Assembly (NCBI GenBank): GCA_001244265.2
Contig: LN717261.1
Coordinates: 558,001 to 622,000, forward strand
DNA: 64,000 nucleotides
Source of the DNA: Microbotryum violaceum
Lineage: Eukaryota
Direction: 5' to 3'
Part shown: piece by piece, positions 54,453 to 64,000 of the stretch
How the letters are laid out: every line of letters starts with the position of its first letter
Numbering within the stretch: the first letter of the stretch is position 1
Position numbers and translations under genes: made by a program
The notes under the pieces: generated by a model
Database searches by the model: none
Seen by the model: the letters and a program-made list of their open reading frames with translations, nothing else
Told to the model about the DNA's origin: nothing

Positions 54453-55951
54453 TCAAGCAGGGGCGGAGCCAGCAAGTTGTATGAGCTCATCCATTTGCTG
54501 ACTTTCCTCATCCACCCACTGGTCTTTGTCGATTGCGGCTTGGGTTGAGACAAGAGTACCCTTCGGCAAGGGAATCATCTGGAACACGCAAGCAGCAGGG
54601 AAATCCGCCATGTCAAGCTGGGTGGAGTCGACAAACAAGTGGTCAACAACGAGAATTTTGTCGTTGGTGACTCTCGGAAGGTTGTTCACCCGGCATGCTG
54701 GGACATTGCCCATGCCTTCATGGGCACGGTCTGCAGTTGCGTCGTCGTGCCAGGTGGCGCAGGGCGCGCCCCAGGGGCGGGGTCGGTACCGGGTGTGTTG
54801 CTGTCCGTGAGGGTCTGAGCCGGCGCTGAGGGAGCTCTCCTTCGGTATAGCCCGTTGTTGGTCCAGTAGCGCGAGCTGCTGGCCGCGAAGAAAGCGTCTG
54901 GGTCTTCGGAAACAAGGGCTGAGGCTACCACCGGGTGAAGGTCGCTAGTTGTCTCAGGCAAAAGTTTGACGCCGAGGGGGATGGCGCGAACTTGGGCGAG
55001 CCAAAAAGCGAGTTCGGCCTCCGCGGGCGAGTTCCTTCTAAACGGCCCGGCATCATCGCTCAGTTTCGAGATCAGATCGGTTTGGGCCTCCTGCGTTAAG
55101 CAGCCGGTGTCGAGCGTGTCGAAGACCAATTTGACAGTCTGTGTTGCTTGCGGAAAAGTCCCGGGAATGGGGTTATTCTTGTCGTAAAGCGGGGCAGACA
55201 TGATGGCGCGGCGGGACGTTGCGCTTTGGAAGCTCAAAACAGAGGTCTTTGCGAGGCGTAGCAAAGATTGTATTTAGTGACGTGCAACTATGACATGGGC
55301 TTTGCGTAGCGTGATAGCGTACCTTTGCGAGGCGTAGCACGAGTGTCAATGAGAATTGAAGCACTTAGTGCGGTCTCGGCGGAGGTAGCCTATAGAATGC
55401 TAGGCGTCAGCTTGGATTGTCCAACTAGGGCGTTCCGGTAGGGAGAGCAGTTTCGTACAAAAGCGTGTGCGGAGACTGCTGTGATGCAAGTGAACAATGA
55501 GTACGTCGTGCAACTAGCCGAGCGTAATCTGGACACTTACCTCGAGCGCGTGGCAGGGCCTGCGGGCGTCGAGCGTTTTCTGGAGGCAGCGGCTGCTGTA
55601 AATCCTGTGCGAGGGGGGCTTTGCGTGAGCAACGGATTGCTTGGATGAGGATCCTAAGGTGGTGGCTAACCGACCCTTGGCAGAGAGTGGCAGTGCTGGA
55701 GCAGTGGGCTGGCAACAGAAAGCGTTGACGGTGCGGAACCGAGGAGGAGTAAGCGGCGCGGACGCAAATACGCTTGAGGGGTGGAAACACTCTGAGGACT
55801 CAGGGAGAGGCCTAGGGATGCTGAGCGCTCCGGAGAGGCTTGGAAAGTACGCTGAGCCGCTCGCGGGGAGGGCTAGGCTCTAAGCACTCCGGGGAGGCTA
55901 GGAAAGCTGACGCTGAGTCAGGGACTGGATGCACGGATGCGCGCTTGAACA
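54453..55951 (-). mobile_element. 5' part of another DIRS/Ngaro-type copy (terminal region + start of gag)
   Basis: Ends ..GGATGCGCGCTTGAACA like 44880; MSAPLYDKNNPIP..LAFWLAQVRAIP..LHPVVASALVS. Confidence 0.88.
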
Positions 55952-56419
55952 TTGCCACATCAGCAACTTTGCCACTCGCGCTTTAGTGAAATTTAGTGAA
56001 ATTTAGCGCACTTTTAGTGTTCTAGAACGTTCTTTGTCTCGACGGCCGATCTATCTTCTACTAGGTTCGGCGGCGCGCTCCGCGCGCCACCTCACATTGA
56101 GAATCAGCAGTTCTGTTACTTTATTGCAGATGGCTACGGTTCTATGCTGCTTCAATCTATGCGCAATCATTTTTCCCTGATCTCCTGGAGGTGGCCTGAT
56201 TCATCGTGATTTGGCAAAGGCAGGGTCGGGCGGAAAACTTTGCGGGACCGAAACGGAACGCTCTCGCTCAAGCCTTTCCCGTTGACGACGTCTTTGCTGA
56301 CCTTGAGACCTTCGAGAGATCGCAGCGTTCACAGGCGGTGGATCCATTGGACGAAGTTGATCCTTGGGCAGTGGACGCAATGCAATCAGTGACTGTGCGG
56401 CGACATCCACCGCGACGAA

Positions 56420-56771
56420 GGTGTCCAAATCCGCGCTGTAGAAGGTTTGAGCGTCACCCGGCAGCAGGTCGAGCCCCATGTCGTTGATGTGATCCACCTG
56501 TGGATTTTTGGGCGCCAGTTTTACTCGCTCTCGGAAGTATTCGACTTTTTCGCCTATCGACATATTGTCCAGTTCGAGCGCGGGACGGGATAAACGTGTC
56601 TGATCAACCCGGATCTGTTCCTCGTGGTTGCCGGTGGGAGAAGCTCACGTGGGAGCGCTGTGAAGTCTTCTGTTTTGCTTGCCAAGCCGTCCCCAACTCC
56701 AAAGAAATCTGCAAAGTGCTGTGCCTTTGCCTGTTCCGTTTCGGTCATGCGGTCTGCAGCGGCCAGAAGCC
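56420..56771 (-). mobile_element. Helitron PIF1-type helicase fragment
   Basis: [61 protein letters not shown]. Confidence 0.75.
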
Positions 56772-57095
56772 GTCGACTGCCGGAATGACACTCCACCGCC
56801 GGCGCACCGCATCACGTGACAAACGCCAGCCCTCGCCTCGCACGTCAGGCAGAGCTCTGCTGTAGAAGCAATATCATGCAAAGCCACGCGCTTGCGGTTC
56901 ATTAAATGCAATATGAGTGGAAGCACTGTTTTATGTGGGCGAAGAAAAGAAGGAAAATACTAGGAGCGCTGTAGCTTCGTTGGAACGGCGCGGAAAATAC
57001 AAAAGTCACCATAGGGCTTGTACATGACTTCTGATCGGCCCAACACCACAGGCAGGTGCGGCAGACACAACAGTATGCTGGTACATCCACCACAG

Positions 57096-57120
57096 GCGGC
57101 CCGGAGGGCCGCAACCTAGT
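57096..57120 (+). mobile_element. Helitron-type 3' terminus (GC hairpin + CTAG)
   Basis: GCGGCCC-GGA-GGGCCGC stem-loop followed by AACCTAG|T. Confidence 0.55.
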
Positions 57121-57999
57121 TAAAAACAGCGATTTTAGGTACATTCTTAACTCACACTTTTTTTTCACTAGTTAGGGTAGCTAGTTAGGGTAAAGAGGTA
57201 GTAATTAATGTTGTAGGCGCTGGCCCAGTAGGTTTCGCCAGTCAACAAAAGCAGCTGCCAATGTAGATATCTTCCTGTTATCTGGGTAGGTAATCTACCT
57301 ACTGGCTGGCTCGCTTCTTTCGCTGTCGCGCCGTGTCCGAGTCGACTACTAGTATTAGTAGCCGAGGACTCGCGCCGGTCTCGGGCCACAAGGGTACCAA
57401 AATAGGTATCCTAAATTCGCGATTGTCCTACAAAACAAACAAAAAAATGGTACTAGAAGCGATCTGTTGCCTAGCCAATCGCAAGCTACCTAGGTATCAT
57501 ACCGGCGGCCAAATATCGCTAAATACCCACTTCTGCCATCCGATCGAGCACGAGTCGAAGAGCTTTCACATCTTCGTCCCACGACGAGGATATTGTCCCT
57601 CTTCCTGCTTGATCATAGAGTTGTGTACTTACCTACCTCACGCCGGCAATTTATTTGGCGCCTAGCACTGGGTGCGTCTACATCGGACCTGAAACCGTTC
57701 TTTCTTTAGATATATGGGCACCTTAGAGAAAGGTGCGGCCTTGCCGCCGTTTCGACTGGTACTATACAACACGATGTCGCTGCAATTGCAGTGGACCGAA
57801 AACCAAACGTAGACTGCGCAAGAACAATACGGCCGGCAAGATAGATGGTGGTCTTCTGGGCAGCTATTAGTCCCATGATGCCTGAATACAAGCCTTAGAT
57901 TCGAGCCATAGATACAAGCGTAGGGAAATGGGGCATACCCAAGTAGATAGAATTGAGGCAAGCAGAAAGCACGCGTACGTGTGCCACACTCGATGGGTA

Positions 58000-60900
58000 T
58001 CAGAACCACTTGTCTGCCAAGAACCACCGCGCCTCAGTCCAACCGGGCTGCAAAGCCGCGCCGACTGGTCCCATCTCCGAAGCAGCGTCGAAAGCGTTTT
58101 CGAAAGGCTTGCGCTGTACATACCCTTCTAGCTCGAGCGTCTCAATCGCAGTCATCAATTCGACGAAGGTGAGCAGTTTTATGGACTCGCAATCTGCGGC
58201 GAGGTAACTCTACGGTTGTGACAAATTCGGCCAATGTCAGTGAATGCCGCTCCCAAACGGTCACCGGCGCAAGACCGAACAAACTGACGATAGTAGCTCC
58301 AGCGTGCCGCGATATCAATCCTCGAACCCATGATGCGATTCGTACCCACATACCCAGTACGGTCTCGCCGCGAATATCGATCCAAAGTGCCGGGAAGACG
58401 AAAGGCGCCAGTGTCTCGGTGTTCTCGGGATCGCTGGGCTCGTTGGTAACTTGGTTGGGAAGTCGAATGCACCAGCGCGAAAGCTCTTGCGAGGCGATCA
58501 ACGTAGGTACCCGGAGACCGGCCCAAAAAGCCAAGGGTGGGACAGTAGAGACCAGCACGCTGGCGGCGCGTTCAAAGCTCGCCAAGTTCGGAAAGATCGA
58601 AAGCAAGTTCATGGCCGCAGTCGCGCTAAGACCATCACGACCAGCATTGACGAGTTCGCCATGCAGCTCGAGCGCAGCTTGCTCATCAGCGTGCAAGGCC
58701 CCGTTTAGTAATCCGCGGGCCTTCGCTAGCTTGGTCGCGTCGTCGGTATAGCCAGAGTGGGGGCGGGAAAGTGGGGTCAAGTCGTTGGCAGCAGTGGGCC
58801 GCGCAAAGGTCATGCCAGGTCTGACAGTCACATTGACCTGACACTCGATCGCTTCGTCATCCTTGGTGCGTGTCTGGTAGTCATCGGGATCACGTAGCTC
58901 TTGCGTTGGAGACGTGTCGATCTCGAGGGTGGCTAGGTCGAGGGCCACAATCCGGACCAGCGCAAGCATCGCTCCGTCCGAGACGTCGAGGGGGAGGATG
59001 CTCGCCTCCTCTTGCACGAGTTCGTGCTCCATGTTCTGTGCGTCGCGTAGGCGGTGAGGGGCAGGCGAATCATCGAGGGCGGCGAGAAAGCGTTCGGAGA
59101 AGATGAAGTTGCGTCCTGGCCCCCGACGACTGGAGTCCTTGTTGCGACGGGTGATGACTTGGCCGTGGAGCAAATCGGCGACGGCTTGATCAATGAAAGG
59201 CTCGAAGGGGGCCAATAGGTCTTTTGCTGTTTCCTCGGAGTAGACGGACCGCGACGTAGCAAGAACCATCTGTAGGGCAGCGACGTTTCTCGATTTTGCG
59301 CATCAGCACTGCGCATCAGTACGAACAGGACAGAGCTCATCTTACCTTCAAGACACCTTGGGCCAGATTGAAGCGATGAAAATCCGGTCCTGCCGCTCCT
59401 GGAGGATCAATCGACTTGCATGAAGTCGCGAACGAGACGTTGGCCGCTGCTCGTTCTCGAATCAGATTCGCTGCCTGAGACCGGGACCAAAACTCGACCC
59501 AGCGCATCGCCACCGAGGTCGAGATATTGCTCCTATCGATCTCGAATGAGGCGTCGAGCTCTTCCAAGGTTTCGGGCAACTCGACGACGGCGATCGGTTT
59601 GGCGACTGGAGCTCCCAAGCGACTGCGAGCCATGAAAGTACGGAGATGTCTTGGTCAGCAACAAGCAAAGCGCCAACGGGAGCCTGCCGAGCGAGGGATG
59701 AAGAACACACAGAGCTCGTTTGTCGACATGTTTCCGCAAGAACCTGACGAATGCGACGAGATCGAAATCAGCCGGATCAGTGGGATTAGGGTCGGGGAGA
59801 TTCCCACCGTGCTCCGTCCAAGTCTGCGACCAGGATGCCTGCAGCCGGTCGAAGTAAGCCGCATCGGCAGGAGAGGTCTCGATGCGACGCCCATAAACTT
59901 GGCGGAGCTTGCCGTAAGCAGGGGCCGGGAACACCTTTGCAAGAGGCGTGAAGATCACCTTGCGCCGGAGGTGCGCGGCACGTGCTTTAAGTATGGCTAC
60001 GCAGTCGAAAAGCAGGTCGATCTGATCTTCACGCATGAAGTTGCGCGGCAGTCGATGTCCAGACGCGATCGAGGGAACCTCGCGAGCTGGGGCATTCAGG
60101 AATTCATTCTGTGGATTGTGCGCCGCCGACGTCGACGGGTTTGGCGATGGCGCAAGCGCACCAGCGTTTTCTGTGTTGACGTTGCCGACGGTGTCCATCG
60201 CCTGTGCGCTCGCCTTCGGTTTGCGACGCATCGACTTGAAGGATCGAGGTATGGCATACGGATCCTGACTAGACCGACTGGCGGAGAACACCGCATGCGG
60301 CACTATTGACTTGTAGCGGGATGGATCGAGCTGGTCTATGTCGATCGGCGGCAACAAAGCACGAAGCTCGAGCTCGACTTGTCGAAGGTCGATAGCATGA
60401 CGGCCTGCGGCGCAGAACCGGTTCCTGACGTAGGCGACAACTTCCGGATCGAGCTCGACATTGCTGTGAGTCGACTTGAAGCGTTGAAGCAGTGCGTCGA
60501 AGTCGCGCGCACGCTGGGCCGCTGCATCGTTCGCTTTGTTCAAAAGAGCTTGCCGCGCGCCGTACGCTTCCGCCGCTTCATCCAAGTCTTCATTGTCGCT
60601 GCGAGAACTTTGCGATCCACCCTCCGCCCTAACGCGCCTTCTCTTGATGCTGCGCTGAGTGCGTTGCACTCCTCGGCCACGACCGCGCCCGCGCCCGCGT
60701 CCACGAGCGCTACTCTGCCATCGATGACGCTTGCCCATGGGGGGCTCACCCGCTACCCGCCCTCGGTGGTCAAGCCTGCGCCAGAACGCTTCCACCACCG
60801 GAACGGGGGCGAGCAGATCGTCGGCGACTTGCGCGATCCGCACGCTGTCGTTAATCAGATCGTGGTCGTGGCGATGCAGGCGTGTGAGGAAGCGTCGCTG

Positions 60901-63900
60901 GTCGGGCAGCAACATGTACTGGTCGCACCATTTGGTCGTGGAGCTGATGTACTGCGCCATGCGCTTTGACGCAGGGTTCGTCAGCGCAAACCCTTTCGCC
61001 AGGGTCGCGTCTACGATCGCGGCAGGCGAGGGCTTCGATGAAGGAAATGCCAGTCTCCGCAGCCGGGACCAGTAAGAACGCGCGTCATCGCCCGTCGTGA
61101 AGGTGCAGGTGTCAACGAGCGGCTTGGTGGAGGTTGCAAACTTGTACAAGGGAACGAGTCGAAGGATGGTCCAGTGGGTGGCAAACTTAATGCGAGCAGG
61201 CGTTCGGAGCGAGGCGAGAAGCGAGACCTCGTCCGAAATTTCCTCGGCTGGAGCCAGGGGTGCAATCAGCTCCAGATCCATCAGCTCTTGCAATGTCGCC
61301 CAAAGACTGGTCCGCCGCTTCGCTGATCGAGGCGCGAGAACGGCGAGGATGGAAGGGGGTAAGTCCTTCAATCGCGTGGTCAAGCTGAGCGCATCTCGGA
61401 CAAAATCGTCAAGCTCTGCCGATTCCACGGGGAGTTGCACGACTCGAAGATAGTCGCCCAGAGGCATCTCGGTCTCGAACAGCTCGTGCGCGACGATAGG
61501 ATCGGGCTCTATGGCGAGCACTAGACCGGATAACGTCTGCTCGACTTCGGAGAGCTCACTGAGGTATCTCCACAGCCACGAGTGTAAATGCCGGGCACGG
61601 GCGTAACGGCCATAGTAAACCCCGAAGCGAGCGCCCAAAACGCTTGGTGCTTGTCTGAAGAAGTCGCGGATGAGCTCTCGCTCAGAGCCGGCGGCGGGCA
61701 CATCCCTCTTGTCGACCTGCCCGGAAGCATCGTCGTGGGGCAGTTGACTGTTGATAAGAGCAGTCTCGGTGGCCGAACGCATCACCAACTTGCCACGGGT
61801 CGAGCCGGTTCGGGTCGAGAGGTTTGCCAGAAACTCGCGCATTTGCGGTCCATCTACGTCAACTGATGACAGGTAATAAACCTCAACCCGAGACGCCACA
61901 CCCCCTGACTGCGCAACAAGGCGCCGAAGCGAGCCCTGGTCGACCAGAGAGCCGAGAAGCCTGGCGAGATGTTTGCGATCCATCATGCCGGTGCGATCAT
62001 CGCCTGATCGAGACTCGACAAAGTCCTTGATCGCCTGATTGAGCCTGAAGAATGGTGCAGTAATGCCTCCGACGTGTTCGATGTACGACAGGATCTCGCT
62101 GCGACGTTTGGAGGTGACGAGGAGGGAAGAGCGTCCTTGTTGCTGGGAGGAGCGGGCCGTCGCAGTCGGAGTCGAGTGGCCGGGTGAGACAGTCGGAGTG
62201 CCCGACGGCCGGGCAGCGTCGATACTTGATCGCGCGACCACCTGAGAGCCGCGGCGCTCGATTCGCTGCGACGACTCCTGGCATGCGCTCGAGGGCGGAG
62301 ACCGTTCTTTGATGGCAAAGTCGACGCGCCGCTTCTTTGCGGGACTTCCGTGCGCTTTTGCTGGCTGTGCACCGTTATCCTCCGCTGGAGCGTCAGAACG
62401 GCCGACGGGTGCATTCGAGGGCACGGGGGTCGCAGCATGCGTCGATTCCAAGTCGAGGTCGTCTCTCCCGGAGCGTGTGCGCTTATGAACAACGAGGTGT
62501 GAAGGGGTAATAGGTTCCGCCAGTGATGATGAAGCTGCCGACGCCCTCGTCGGCCTTCTCGGGGCTCTGTGTCATTTGGGGCCGAATCAGTTCGAGCCGC
62601 GCGTATTTGTACCTACAGTGCCATGAAGACTTACGAAGTTGGCTGCTCCAGGAGTAGGGCATCAGTTGCGGAGGCGGATTGTGATTGCTGCGGCCGTTGG
62701 GGGTCGTCCGGCTCGTCGCGCGGAGCAGTAGCTTGCACTTCACCGGCCTTGTTAGCTTTTCGCGGACGGCCTCGTCCACGCTTGACCACGGGTGAAACTA
62801 CGGGCTCCTCCACCAGGCTTGACACAACAGAGGATACAACGGTATCAATGCAACGCTCGACCGACACGGGAGACGTCACGGGTTCGTCCACGGGACGGGA
62901 ACGAGGCCGGCCGCGTCGCCTGACCGTGTCAACCGCGGCCACTGTTTCAAGGGTGGGATCATGCTCGGCTGAGGTTTGGTGCGTACAGGCCAGAGTCTCA
63001 ACGGTACTACGGGGCTTTTTCGCAGGGGATCGAAGGCCGAGCATGATTGCAGCCTCCTCGGCTCCGTCGGACGAGGAATGATCGGGGGACTGATCATCCT
63101 CGGCCGGTGGTTCGCCAGAGACGGGCATCGCTTCGTTCGCCATGTCTTTGGCCGATGTTTTGGACGCCGCGTTCTTTCCTGTCCCTTTCGATCTCTTCTC
63201 GACTACGGGATCTGGTGAGGGCGTAGGAAGCCCCCTCTGGATCCTTTCGGCCTCCTGTCGCGCTACGAACTCGGCTCGATCTGCCTTGATTTGGTCCCGC
63301 TTCCAGCCTTTCTGGCGAGGCAGCATCCCGAGTCGTTGTCGCTCAGCGTCTTCGAGCTTGCGCCTATCGTAGTACGTAAGAACCCCCTCCTCTAGGGGAC
63401 GTTTGCGAGGGCGGCCACGAGGGCCTTTAAGTGCCGGCGACGGTACGTTTTCACTCGCTGACTGCGTTCCGCCCTCAGCATTGTCATCTGTGGCAGCTGT
63501 GAATGTATGAGCACAGTAAAGGTAAGAAACGGGAGTGTATTCTCGTTCAAGTTGCGGATAAAACTCGATAAAACTCGACTAACCTTCACTTCTAGACACT
63601 TTGACCATCTTGGAAGCCTTGACCGGTTTCGGTAACTTGATCGAGGCACGTCGGGGTGCCTGGACCCTCTTTGCAATACCGGTTCGAGTCCACAACGTTT
63701 CCCTCGCTTCCATGGCGTGGAATCCGCCTTTAGCTCGTTTGACGGTGGCCCCGGAACGGAGATCGAGCTCACCGGTCCACTTTCTCTTGCTCTCGAGGAT
63801 GTCGTAGCATTGTTCGATGGGTTGCCACGTTCCGACCACGTCCGAGTCGGGCGCATTGCCACCCTCCCGCACCTCGGCTCCGTCTTGACGGCACCGGGCA

Positions 63901-64000
63901 ACGTAGCCAGCAGCCGTAAAAAACCTCGAACGCTTCTCCCTTCCAAAGGTTTCGGTCATCATCTTGACGCAGTAGTCCTTCGTTTGCGCAGGCACCAACG
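58000..64000 (-). CDS. TFC3: RNA polymerase III transcription factor TFIIIC B-block-binding subunit (Tfc3/Sfc3/GTF3C1), 5' part outside window
   Basis: Very long multi-exon gene; GREKRSRFFT; AT-hooks RRRGRPR, KRGRGRPRK; RRSEILSYIEHVGGI..MMDRKHLARLLGSLVDQG; FWAGLR; WIDIRG..W..VRGLISRHAG; ends ..ADKWF* at 58000. Confidence 0.72.

Noticed and set aside
57168-57195. Two TTAGGG words (CTAGTTAGGGTA x2) as an interstitial telomere
   Set aside because: Only two non-adjacent units; better explained as a short local duplication
57120-57660. TpA-rich stretch as ascomycete-style CpA RIP
   Set aside because: No second copy in the window to polarise mutations, so it cannot be supported
59527-63100. Many plus-strand ORFs of 100-260 aa
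   Set aside because: Antisense shadows of the GC-rich TFC3 coding exons with no recognisable motifs

Overview
Eukaryotic (fungal, basidiomycete-type) genomic DNA with short GT-AG introns. A Pucciniomycotina/Microbotryum-like origin is inferred from gene structure and a TCG>TTG mutation pattern in the repeats, and is not proven. Intact host genes lie at both ends: TFB4, a METTL16-type methyltransferase, a BadF/NAGK-type kinase and betaine lipid synthase BTA1 (1-9.4 kb), and the TFIIIC large subunit (58-64 kb, incomplete). Between them is a ~48 kb field of degenerate, nested transposons: an IS3EU-like DDE element, an L1-type LINE, Helitron pieces, several Copia elements (one nested in another's LTR), a Gypsy element, solo LTRs, and five copies or relics of a tyrosine-recombinase (DIRS/Ngaro-type) retrotransposon, two of which form a ~1.75 kb inverted duplication. 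A small island of two apparently intact housekeeping genes (BAP31, NDUFA6) sits in the middle, flanked by helically phased non-coding modules. The most unusual signal is in the YR retrotransposons. Every copy carries a 68-86 nt intron-like unit that starts with GTATGC/GTACGC and ends in a repeat of the 16-20 nt motif just upstream of it, and the two motif copies co-vary between divergent lineages. All calls are by eye from sequence and motif recall; no database searches were run.
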